From: Eledone cirrhosa | Lineage: Eukaryota | Direction: 5' to 3' | NCBI GenBank assembly: GCA_964016885.1 | Contig: OZ024744.1 | Location: 18,972,001-19,036,000 of the forward strand | Length of the DNA: 64,000 nt | In this document: piece by piece, positions 25,481 through 38,370 of the stretch | Position numbering within the stretch: the stretch's first letter is position 1 | Layout of the letters: each line of letters opens with the position of its first letter | Made by a program: the position numbers and the translations under genes | Notes under the pieces: generated by a model | What the model was told of the DNA's origin: nothing | Databases searched by the model: none | What the model saw: only the letters and a program-made list of their open reading frames with translations

Positions 25481-28400
25481 ATGACACTGTGTCTTTCTGT
25501 ATGTATGTATCACTGTGTATGTCACTGTGTGTATCTGTATGTCTGTGTCACTGTGTAAGTCATTGTATCTTTATGTATGTCTGTGGCACTCTGTATGTCG
25601 TTGTGTGTTTCTGTATGTATGTGTCTCTGTGTATGTCACTGTATATTTGTGTATGTATGTGTCACTGTGTATGTCACTGTGAGTTTCTCTATGTCTGTGT
25701 CACTGTGTATGTCACTGTATGTCTCTGTATGTCTGTGTCACTGTCTATGTCACTGTATCTTTGTGTATGTCTGTGTCACTGTGTATGTCACTGTATGTTT
25801 ATGTATTTCTGTGTCTCTGTGTATGCCACTGTATCTTTGTGTATGTCTGCGTCACTGTGTATGTCACTGTGTGTTTCTGTATGTCTGTGTCACTGTGTAT
25901 GTCACAGTGTGTTTCTGTATATATGTGTCTCTGTGTATGTCACTGTATCTTTGTGTATGTCTGTGTCACTGTGTGTTTCTGTATGTCTGTGTCACTGTGT
26001 ATGTCACTGTATGTTTGTGTGTGCCTGTGTCACTGTGTATGTCAATGTCTCTGTGTGTTTCTGTATGTCTGTGTCTCTGTGTATGTCACTGTATCTTTGT
26101 GTATGTATGTGTCACTGTGTATGTCACTGTGTGTTTCTGTATGTCTGTGTCACTGTGTATATCACTGTGTGTTTCTGTATATCTGTGTCTCTGTGTATGT
26201 CACTGTATCTTTGTGTATGTCTGGGTCACTGTGTATGTCACTGTATATTTGTGTATGTCTGTGTCACGGTGTATATCACTGTATGTTTGTGTATGTCTGT
26301 GTCACTGTGTATGTCACTGTATGTTTCTGTATGTCTGTGTCACTGTGTATATCAATGTGTGTTTCTGTATCTCTGTGTCACGGTGTATGTCACTGCATGT
26401 TTGTGTATGTCTGTGTGACTGTGTATGTCACAGTGTGTTTCTGTATGTCTGTGTCACTGTCTATGTCACTGTATGTTTCTGAATTTCTGTGTCACTGTGT
26501 ATGTCACTGTGTGTTTCTGTATGTCTGTGTCACGGTGTATGTCACTGTATGTTTGTGTGTGACCGTGTCACTGTGTATGTCACTGTATGTTTGTGTGTGT
26601 CTGTGTCACTGTGTATGTCACTGTGTGTTTGTGTATGTCTGTGTCACTGTATGTTTCTGTATGTCTGTGTCACTGTGTATGTTACTGTTTGTTTCTGTAT
26701 GTATGTGTCACTGTGTATGTCACCGTATGTGTGTGTATGTCTGTGTCACGGTGTATGTCACTGTATCTTTGTGTATGCCTGTGTCACTGTGTATGTCACT
26801 GTGTGTTTTTGTATGTCTGTGTCACTGTGTATATCACTGTATGTTTGTGTGTGTCTGTGTCACTGCGAATGTCAATGTCTCTGTGTGTTTCTGTATGTCT
26901 GTGTCTCTGTGTATGTCACTGTATCTTTGTGTATGTATGTGTCACTGTGTATGTCACTGTGTGTTTCTGTATGTATGTGTCACTGTGTATATCACTGTGT
27001 GTTTCTGTATATCTGTGTCTCTGTGTATGTCACTGTATCTTTGTGTATGTATGTGTCACTGTGTATGTCACTGTGTGTTTCTGTATGTCTGTGTCACTGT
27101 GTATATCAATGTGTGTTTCTGTATCTCTGTGTCACGGTGTATGTCACTGCATGTTTGTGTATGTCTGTGTGACTGTGTATGTCACTGTGTGTTTCTGTAT
27201 GTCTATGTCACTGTGTATGTCACAGTGTGTTTCTGTATATATGTGTCTCTGTGTATGTCACTGTATCTTTGTGTATGTCTGTGTCACTGTGTGTTTCTGT
27301 ATGTCTGTGTCACTGTGTATGTCACTGTATGTTTGTGTGTGTCTGTGTCACTGTGTATGTCAATGTCTCTGTGTGTTTCTGTATGTCTGTGTCTCTGTGT
27401 ATGTCACTGTATCTTTGTGTATGTATGTGTCACTGTGTATGTCACTGTGTGTTTCTGTATGTCTGTGTCACTGTGTATATCACTGTGTGTTTCTGTATAT
27501 CTGTGTCTCTGTGTATGTCACTGTATCTTTGTGTATGTCTGGGTCACTGTGTATGTCACTGTATATTTGTGTATGTCTGTGTCACGGTGTATATCACTGT
27601 ATGTTTGTGTATGTCTGTGTCACTGTGTATGTCACTGTATGTTTCTGTATGTCTGTGTCACTGTGTATATCAATGTGTGTTTCTGTATCTCTGTGTCACG
27701 GTGTATGTCACTGCATGTTTGTGTATGTCTGTGTGACTGTGTATGTCACAGTGTGTTTCTGTATGTCTGTGTCACTGTCTATGTCACTTATGTTTCTGAA
27801 TTTCTGTGTCACTGTGTATGTCACTGTGTGTTTCTGTATGTCTGTGTCACGGTGTATGTCACTGTATGTTTGTGTGTGACCGTGTCACTGTGTATGTCAC
27901 TGTATGTTTGTGTGTGTCTGTGTCACTGTGTATGTCACTGTGTGTTTGTGTATGTCTGTGTCACTGTATGTTTCTGTATGTCTGTGTCACTGTGTATGTC
28001 ACTGTTTGTTTCTGTATGTATGTGTCACTGTGTATGTCACCGTATGTGTGTGTATGTCTGTGTCACGGTGTATGTCACTGTATCTTTGTGTATGCCTGTG
28101 TCACTGTGTATGTCACTGTGTGTTTTTGTATGTCTGTGTCACTGTGTATATCACTGTATGTTTGTGTGTGTCTGTGTCACTGCGAATGTCAATGTCTCTG
28201 TGTGTTTCTGTATGTCTGTGTCTCTGTGTATGTCACTGTATCTTTGTGTATGTATGTGTCACTGTGTATGTCACTGTGTGTTTCTGTATGTATGTGTCAC
28301 TGTGTATATCACTGTGTGTTTCTGTATATCTGTGTCTCTGTGTATGTCACTGTATCTTTGTGTATGTATGTGTCACTGTGTATGTCACTGTGTGTTTCTG

Positions 28401-31400
28401 TATGTCTGTATCACTGTGTATATCAATGTGTGTTTCTGTATCTCTGTGTCACGGTGTATGTCACTGCATGTTTGTGTATGTCTGTGTGACTGTGTATGTC
28501 ACTGTGTGTTTCTGTATGTCTATGTCACTGTGTATGTCACAGTGTGTTTCTGTATATATGTGTCTCTGTGTATGTCACTGTATCTTTGTGTATGTCTGTG
28601 TCACTGTGTGTTTCTGTATGTCTGTGTCACTGTGTATGTCACTGTATGTTTGTGTGTGTCTGTGTCACTGTGTATGTCAATGTCTCTGTGTGTTTCTGTA
28701 TGTCTGTGTCTCTGTGTATGTCACTGTATCTTTGTGTATGTATGTGTCACTGTGTATGTCACTGTGTGTTTCTGTATGTCTGTGTCACTGTGTATATCAC
28801 TGTGTGTTTCTGTATATCTGTGTCTCTGTGTATGTCACTGTATCTTTGTGTATGTCTGGGTCACTGTGTATGTCACTGTATATTTGTGTATGTCTGTGTC
28901 ACGGTGTATATCACTGTATGTTTGTGTATGTCTGTGTCACTGTGTATGTCACTGTATGTTTCTGTATGTCTGTGTCACTGTGTATATCAATGTGTGTTTC
29001 TGTATCTCTGTGTCATGGTGTATGTCACTGCATGTTTGTGTATGTCTGTGTGACTGTGTATGTCACTCTGTGTTTCTGTATGTCTGTGTCACTGTGTATG
29101 TCACTGTATCTTTGTGTATGTCTGTGTCACTGTGTATGTCACAGTGTGTTTCTGTATGTCTGTGTCACTGTCTATGTCACTGTATGTTTCTGAATGTCTG
29201 TGTCACTGTGTATGTCACTGTGTGTTTCTGTATGTCTGTGTCACGGTGTATGTCACTGTATGTCTGTGTGTGACCGTGTCACTGTGTATGTCACTGTATG
29301 TTTGTGTGTGTCTGTGTCACTGTGTATGTCACTGTGTGTTTCTGTATGTCTGTATCACGGTGTATGTCACTGTCTGTTTGTGTGTGTCTGTGTCACCGTG
29401 TATGTCACTGTGTGTTTGTGTATGTCTGTGTCACTGTATGTTTCTGTATGGCTGTGTCACTGTGTATGTCACTGTGTGTTTATGTATGTCTGTGTCACTG
29501 TGTATGTCATTGTATCTTTGTGTATGTTTGTGTCACTGTGTATCTCACTGTATGTTTCTGTATGTTTGTGTCACTGTGTATGTCACTGTGTGTTTCTGTA
29601 TGTCTGTGTCTCTGTGTATGTCACTGTATGTTTCTGTATGTCTGTTTCACTGTGTATGTCACTGTGTCTTTATGTATGTCTGTGTCATTCTGTATGTCAC
29701 TGTATATTTCTGTATGTATGTGTCACTGTGTATGTCACTGTATGTTTCTGTATGTCTGTGTCACTGTGTATGTCACTGTATGTTTCTGTATGTCTGTGTC
29801 ACTGTGTATGTCACTGTTTCTTTGTGTATGTCTATGTCCCTGTGTATGTCACTGTATGTTTCTGTATGTTTGTGTCACTGTGTATGTCACTGTGTGTTTC
29901 TGTATGTCTGTGTCACTGTGTATGTCACTGTGTGTTTCTGTATGTTTGTGTCACTGTGTATGTCTCTAAATGTTTGTGTGTGTCTGTGTCTCTGTGTATG
30001 TCACTGTGTGTTTGCGTGTGTCTGTGTCACTGTGTATGTCATTGTATCTTTGTGTATGTCTGTGTCACTGTCTATGTCACTGCATGTTTCTGAATGTCTG
30101 TGTCACTGTGTATGTCACTGTGTGTTTCTGTATGTCTGTGTCACGGTGTATGTCACTGTATGTTTGTGTGTGTCTGTGTCACTGTGTATGCCACTGTCTG
30201 TTTGTGTATGTCTGTGTCACTGTGTATGTCACTGTATCTTTGTGTATGTCTGTGTCACTCTGTATCTCACTGTGTGTTTCTGTATGTCTGTGTCAATGTG
30301 TATGTCACTGTGTGTTTCTGTATGTATGTGTCACTGTGTATGTCACTGTATGTTTCTGTATGTCTGTTTCACTGTGTATGTCACTGTGTGTTTCTGTATG
30401 TCTGTGTCACTCTGTATCTCACTGTGTGTTTCTGTATGTCTGTGTCAATGTGTATGTCACTGTGTGTTTCTGTATGTCTGTGTCACTGTGTATGTCACTG
30501 TATGTTTCTGTATGTCTGTTTCACTGTGTATGTCACTGTGTGTTTCTGTATGTCTGTGTCACTCTGTATGTCACTGTATATTTCTGTATGTCTGTGTCAC
30601 TGTGTATGTCACTGTATGTTTCTGTATGTCTGTGTCACTGTGTATGTCACTGTGTGTTTCTGTATGTCTGTGTCACTGTATATGTCACTGTATCTTTGTG
30701 TATGCCTGTGTCACTGTTTATGTCACTGTATGTTTCTGTATGTCTGTTTCACTGTGTATGTCACTGTATATTTGTGTATGTCTGTGTCACTCTGTATGTC
30801 ACTGTGTGTTTCTGTATGTCTGTGTCACTATGTATGCCACTGTATGTTTGTGTTATCTGTGTCATTGTGTATGTCACTGGGTGTTTCTGTATGTCTGTGT
30901 CACTGTGTATGACACTGTGTGTTTCTGTATATATGTATCACTGTGTATGTCAGTGTGTGTTTCTGTATGTCTGTGTCACTATGTAAGTCATTGTATCTTT
31001 GTGTATGTCTGTGGCACTCTGTATGTTGTTGTGTGTTTCTGTATGTATGTGTCTCTGTGTATGTCACTGTATCGTTGTGTATGTATGTGTCACTGTGTAT
31101 GTTACTGTGAGTTTATGTATGTCTGTGTCACTGTGTATGTCACTGTATGTCTATGTATGTCTGTGTCACTGTCTATGTCACTGTATCTTTGTGTATGTCT
31201 GTATCACTGTGTATGTCACTGTGTGTTTATTATGTCTGTGTCTCTGTGTATGTCACTGTATCTTTGCGTATGTCTGCGTCACTGTCTATGTCACTGTGTG
31301 TTTCTGTATGTCTGTGTCACTGTGTATGTCACAGTGTGTTTCTGTATATCTGTGACTCTGTGTATGTCACTGTATATTTCTGTATGTCTGTGTCACTGTG

Positions 31401-34400
31401 TATGTCACTGTATGTTTCTGTATGTCTGTGTCACTGTGTATCTCGCTGTATGTTTCTGTATGTCTGTGTCACAGTGTATGTCACTGTATGTTTCTGTATG
31501 TTTGTGTCAATGTGTATGTCACTGTGTGTTTCTGTATGTCTGTGTCAATGTGTATGTCACTGTGTGTTTCTGTATGTCTGTGTCACTGTGTATGTCACTG
31601 TATGTTTCTGTATGTCTGTTTCACTGTGTATGTCACTGTGTGTTTCTGTATGTCTGTGTCACTCTGTATGTCACTGTATATTTCTGTATGTCTGTGTCAC
31701 TGTGTATCTCACTGTATGTTTCTGTATGTCTGTGTCACTGTGTATCTCACTGTATGTTTCTGTATGTCTGTGTCACAGTGTATGTCACTGTATGTTTCTG
31801 TATGTTTGTGTCAATGTGTATGTCACTGTGTGTTTCTGTATGTCTGTGTCAATGTGTATGTCACTGTGTGTTTCTGTATGTCTGTGTCACTGTGTATGTC
31901 ACTGTATGTTTCTGTATGTCTGTGTCACTGTGTATGTCACTGTGTGTTTCTGTATGTCTGTGTCACTGTATATGTCACTGTATCTTTGTGTATGCCTGTG
32001 TCACTGTTTATGTCACTGTATGTTTCTGTATGTCTGTTTCACTGTGTATGTCACTGTATCTTTGTGTATGTCTGTGTCACTGTGTATGTCACTGTATGTT
32101 TCTGTAAGTTTGTGTCACTGTGTATGTCACTGTGTGTTTCTGTATGTCTGTGTCTCTGTGTAGGTCACTGTATGTTTCTGTATGTCTGTTTCACTGTGTA
32201 TGTAACTGTGTCTTTATGTATGTCTGTGTCACTCTGTATGTCACTGTATATTTCTGTATGTCTGTGTCACTGTGTATATCACTGTATGTTTCTGTATGTC
32301 TGCGTCACTGTGTATGTCACACTGTGTTTCTGTATGTCTGTGTCACTGTCTATGTCACTGTATGTTTCTGAATGTCTGTGTCACTGTGTATGTTACTGTG
32401 TGTTTGTGTATGTCTGTGTAACTGTATGTTTCTGTATGTCTGTGTCACTGTGTATGTCAATGTGTGTTTCTGTATGTTTGTGTCACTGTGTATGTCACTA
32501 AATGTTTGTGTGTGTCTGTGTCTCTGTGTATATCACTGTGTGTTTCTGTATATCTGTGTCTCTGTGTATGTCACTGTATCTTTGTGTATGTCTGGGTCAC
32601 TGTGTATGTCACTCTGTGTTTCTGTATGTCTGTGTGACTGTGTATGTCACTGTTTGTTTGTGTATGTCTGTGTCACTGTGTTTGTTTCTGTATGTCTGTG
32701 TCACTGTGTATGTCATTGCATCTGTGTGTATGTCTGTCTCACTCTGTATGTCACTGTGTGTTTCTGCATGTCTGTGTCACTGTGTATGTCACTGTGTGTT
32801 TCTGTATGTCTGTGTCACTGTGTATGTCACTGTTTGTTTCTGTATGTCTGTTTCACTGTGTATGTCACTGTATATTTGTGTATGTCTGTGTCACTCTGTA
32901 TGTCACTGTGTGTTTCTGTATGTCTGTGTCACTATGTATGCCACTGTATGTTCGTGTTGTCTGTGTCATTGTGTATGTCACTGGGTGTTTCTGTATGTCT
33001 GTGTCACTGTGTATGACACTGTGTCTTACTGTATGTATGTATCACTGTGTATGTCACTGTGTGTATCTGTATGTCTGTGTCACTGTGTAAGTCATTGTAT
33101 CTTTATGTATGTCTGTGGCACTCTGTATGTCGTTGTGTGTTTCTGTATGTATGTGTCTCTGTGTATGTCACTGTATATTTGTGTATGTATGTGTCACTGT
33201 GTATGTCACTGTGAGTTTCTCTATGTCTGTGTCACTGTGTATGTCACTGTATGTCTCTGTATGTCTGTGTCACTGTCTATGTCACTGTATCTTTGTGTAT
33301 GTCTGTGTCACTGTGTATGTCACTGTGTGTTTATGTATTTCTGTGTCTCTGTGTATGCCACTGTATCTTTGTGTATGTCTGCGTCACTGTGTATGTCATT
33401 GTGTGTTTCTGTATGTCTGTGTCACTGTGTATGTCACAGTGTGTTTCTGTATATATGTGTCTCTGTGTATGTCACTGTATCTTTGTGTATGTCTGTGTCA
33501 CTGTGTGTTTCTGTATGTCTGTGTCACTGTGTATGTCACTGTATGTTTGTGTGTGTCTGTGTCACTGTGTATGTCAATGTCTCTGTGTGTTTCTGTATGT
33601 CTGTGTCTCTGTGTATGTCACTGTATCTTTGTGTATGTATGTGTCACTGTGTATGTCACTGTGTGTTTCTGTATGTCTGTGTCACTGTGTATATCACTGT
33701 GTGTTTCTGTATATCTGTGTCTCTGTGTATGTCACTGTATCTTTGTGTATGTCTGGGTCACTGTGTATGTCACTGTATATTTGTGTATGTCTGTGTCACG
33801 GTGTATATCACTGTATGTTTGTGTATGTCTGTGTCACTGTGTATGTCACTGTATGTTTCTGTATGTCTGTGTCACTGTGTATATCAATGTGTGTTTCTGT
33901 ATCTCTGTGTCACGGTGTATGTCACTGCATGTTTGTGTATGTCTGTGTGACTGTGTATGTCACAGTGTGTTTCTGTATGTCTGTGTCACTGTCTATGTCA
34001 CTTATGTTTCTGAATTTCTGTGTCACTGTGTATGTCACTGTGTGTTTCTGTATGTCTGTGTCACGGTGTATGTCACTGTATGTTTGTGTGTGACCGTGTC
34101 ACTGTGTATGTCACTGTATGTTTGTGTGTGTCTGTGTCACTGTGTATGTCACTGTGTGTTTGTGTATGTCTGTGTCACTGTATGTTTCTGTATGTCTGTG
34201 TCACTGTGTATGTCACTGTTTGTTTCTGTATGTATGTGTCACTGCGTATGTCACCGTATGTGTGTGTATGTCTGTGTCACGGTGTATGTCACTGTATCTT
34301 TGTGTATGCCTGTGTCACTGTGTATGTCACTGTGTGTTTTTGTATGTCTGTGTCACTGTGTATATCACTGTATGTTTGTGTGTGTCTGTGTCACTGCGAA

Positions 34401-37400
34401 TGTCAATGTCTCTGTGTGTTTCTGTATGTCTGTGTCTCTGTGTATGTCACTGTATCTTTGTGTATGTATGTGTCACTGTGTATGTCACTGTGTGTTTCTG
34501 TATGTATGTGTCACTGTGTATATCACTGTGTGTTTCTGTATATCTGTGTCTCTGTGTATGTCACTGTATCTTTGTGTATGTATGTGTCACTGTGTATGTC
34601 ACTGTGTGTTTCTGTATGTCTGTATCACTGTGTATATCAATGTGTGTTTCTGTATCTCTGTGTCACGGTGTATGTCACTGCATGTTTGTGTATGTCTGTG
34701 TGACTGTGTATGTCACTGTGTGTTTCTGTATGTCTATGTCACTGTGTATGTCACAGTGTGTTTCTGTATATATGTGTCTCTGTGTATGTCACTGTATCTT
34801 TGTGTATGTCTGTGTCACTGTGTGTTTCTGTATGTCTGTGTCACTGTGTATGTCACTGTATGTTTGTGTGTGTCTGTGTCACTGTGTATGTCAATGTCTC
34901 TGTGTGTTTCTGTATGTCTGTGTCTCTGTGTATGTCACTGTATCTTTGTGTATGTATGTGTCACTGTGTATGTCACTGTGTGTTTCTGTATGTCTGTGTC
35001 ACTGTGTATATCACTGTGTGTTTCCGTATATCTGTGTCTCTGTGTATGTCACTGTATCTTTGTGTATGTCTGGGTCACTGTGTATGTCACTGTATATTTG
35101 TGTATGTCTGTGTCACGGTGTATATCACTGTATGTTTGTGTATGTCTGTGTCACTGTGTATGTCACTGTATGTTTCTGTATGTCTGTGTCACTGTGTATA
35201 TCAATGTGTGTTTCTGTATCTCTGTGTCATGGTGTATGTCACTGCATGTTTGTGTATGTCTGTGTGACTGTGTATGTCACTCTGTGTTTCTGTATGTCTG
35301 TGTCACTGTGTATGTCACTGTATCTTTGTGTATGTCTGTGTCACTGTGTATGTCACAGTGTGTTTCTGTATGTCTGTGTCACTGTCTATGTCACTGTATG
35401 TTTCTGAATGTCTGTGTCACTGTGTATGTCACTGTGTGTTTCTGTATGTCTGTGTCACGGTGTATGTCACTGTATGTCTGTGTGTGACCGTGTCACTGTG
35501 TATGTCACTGTATGTTTGTGTGTGTCTGTGTCACTGTGTATGTCACTGTGTGTTTCTGTATGTCTGTATCACGGTGTATGTCACTGTCTGTTTGTGTGTG
35601 TCTGTGTCACCGTGTATGTCACTGTGTGTTTGTGTATGTCTGTGTCACTGTATGTTTCTGTATGGCTGTGTCACTGTGTATGTCACTGTGTGTTTATGTA
35701 TGTCTGTGTCACTGTGTATGTCATTGTATCTTTGTGTATGTTTGTGTCACTGTGTATCTCACTGTATGTTTCTGTATGTTTGTGTCACTGTGTATGTCAC
35801 TGTGTGTTTCTGTATGTCTGTGTCTCTGTGTATGTCACTGTATGTTTCTGTATGTCTGTTTCACTGTGTATGTCACTGTGTCTTTATGTATGTCTGTGTC
35901 ATTCTGTATGTCACTGTATATTTCTGTATGTATGTGTCACTGTGTATGTCACTGTATGTTTCTGTATGTCTGTGTCACTGTGTATGTCACTGTATGTTTC
36001 TGTATGTCTGTGTCACTGTGTATGTCACTGTTTCTTTGTGTATGTCTATGTCCCTGTGTATGTCACTGTATGTTTCTGTATGTTTGTGTCACTGTGTATG
36101 TCACTGTGTGTTTCTGTATGTCTGTGTCACTGTGTATGTCACTGTGTGTTTCTGTATGTTTGTGTCACTGTGTATGTCTCTAAATGTTTGTGTGTGTCTG
36201 TGTCTCTGTGTATGTCACTGTGTGTTTGCGTGTGTCTGTGTCACTGTGTATGTCATTGTATCTTTGTGTATGTCTGTGTCACTGTCTATGTCACTGCATG
36301 TTTCTGAATGTCTGTGTCACTGTGTATGTCACTGTGTGTTTCTGTATGTCTGTGTCACGGTGTATGTCACTGTATGTTTGTGTGTGTCTGTGTCACTGTG
36401 TATGCCACTGTCTGTTTGTGTATGTCTGTGTCACTGTGTATGTCACTGTATCTTTGTGTATGTCTGTGTCACTCTGTATCTCACTGTGTGTTTCTGTATG
36501 TCTGTGTCAATGTGTATGTCACTGTGTGTTTCTGTATGTCTGTGTCACTGTGTATGTCACTGTATGTTTCTGTATGTCTGTTTCACTGTGTATGTCACTG
36601 TGTGTTTCTGTATGTCTGTGTCACTCTGTATCTCACTGTGTGTTTCTGTATGTCTGTGTCAATGTGTATGTCACTGTGTGTTTCTGTATGTCTGTGTCAC
36701 TGTGTATGTCACTGTATGTTTCTGTATGTCTGTTTCACTGTGTATGTCACTGTGTGTTTCTGTATGTCTGTGTCACTCTGTATGTCACTGTATATTTCTG
36801 TATGTCTGTGTCACTGTGTATGTCACTGTATGTTTCTGTATGTCTGTGTCACTGTGTATGTCACTGTGTGTTTCTGTATGTCTGTGTCACTGTATATGTC
36901 ACTGTATCTTTGTGTATGCCTGTGTCACTGTTTATGTCACTGTATGTTTCTGTATGTCTGTTTCACTGTGTATGTCACTGTATATTTGTGTATGTCTGTG
37001 TCACTCTGTATGTCACTGTGTGTTTCTGTATGTCTGTGTCACTATGTATGCCACTGTATGTTTGTGTTATCTGTGTCATTGTGTATGTCACTGGGTGTTT
37101 CTGTATGTCTGTGTCACTGTGTATGACACTGTGTGTTTCTGTATATATGTATCACTGTGTATGTCAGTGTGTGTTTCTGTATGTCTGTGTCACTATGTAA
37201 GTCATTGTATCTTTGTGTATGTCTGTGGCACTCTGTATGTTGTTGTGTGTTTCTGTATGTATGTGTCTCTGTGTATGTCACTGTATCGTTGTGTATGTAT
37301 GTGTCACTGTGTATGTTACTGTGAGTTTATGTATGTCTGTGTCACTGTGTATGTCACTGTATGTCTATGTATGTCTGTGTCACTGTCTATGTCACTGTAT

Positions 37401-38370
37401 CTTTGTGTATGTCTGTATCACTGTGTATGTCACTGTGTGTTTATTATGTCTGTGTCTCTGTGTATGTCACTGTATCTTTGCGTATGTCTGCGTCACTGTC
37501 TATGTCACTGTGTGTTTCTGTATGTCTGTGTCACTGTGTATGTCACAGTGTGTTTCTGTATATCTGTGACTCTGTGTATGTCACTGTATATTTCTGTATG
37601 TCTGTGTCACTGTGTATGTCACTGTATGTTTCTGTATGTCTGTGTCACTGTGTATCTCGCTGTATGTTTCTGTATGTCTGTGTCACAGTGTATGTCACTG
37701 TATGTTTCTGTATGTTTGTGTCAATGTGTATGTCACTGTGTGTTTCTGTATGTCTGTGTCAATGTGTATGTCACTGTGTGTTTCTGTATGTCTGTGTCAC
37801 TGTGTATGTCACTGTATGTTTCTGTATGTCTGTTTCACTGTGTATGTCACTGTGTGTTTCTGTATGTCTGTGTCACTCTGTATGTCACTGTATATTTCTG
37901 TATGTCTGTGTCACTGTGTATCTCACTGTATGTTTCTGTATGTCTGTGTCACTGTGTATCTCACTGTATGTTTCTGTATGTCTGTGTCACAGTGTATGTC
38001 ACTGTATGTTTCTGTATGTTTGTGTCAATGTGTATGTCACTGTGTGTTTCTGTATGTCTGTGTCAATGTGTATGTCACTGTGTGTTTCTGTATGTCTGTG
38101 TCACTGTGTATGTCACTGTATGTTTCTGTATGTCTGTGTCACTGTGTATGTCACTGTGTGTTTCTGTATGTCTGTGTCACTGTATATGTCACTGTATCTT
38201 TGTGTATGCCTGTGTCACTGTTTATGTCACTGTATGTTTCTGTATGTCTGTTTCACTGTGTATGTCACTGTATCTTTGTGTATGTCTGTGTCACTGTGTA
38301 TGTCACTGTATGTTTCTGTAAGTTTGTGTCACTGTGTATGTCACTGTGTGTTTCTGTATGTCTGTGTCTC
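24600..38370 (+). repeat. Higher-order repeat block M, two tandem copies (approx. 24600-32100 and 32100-38370; offsets 7532 then 6214)
   Basis: Pairs 24840/32372, 24970/32502 and 25577/33109 have offset 7532. Pairs 27904/34118, 29060/35274, 31147/37361 and 32120/38334 have offset 6214. The 1318-bp difference equals one extra 1.3-kb unit in the first copy. Confidence 0.9.
25900..29060 (+). repeat. About 2.4 tandem copies of a 1317/1318-bp higher-order unit
   Basis: ORF pairs 26489/27806, 26587/27904 and 27179/28496 have offset 1317. The rare variant ctgcgaatgt occurs at about 26863 and about 28180. Confidence 0.88.
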
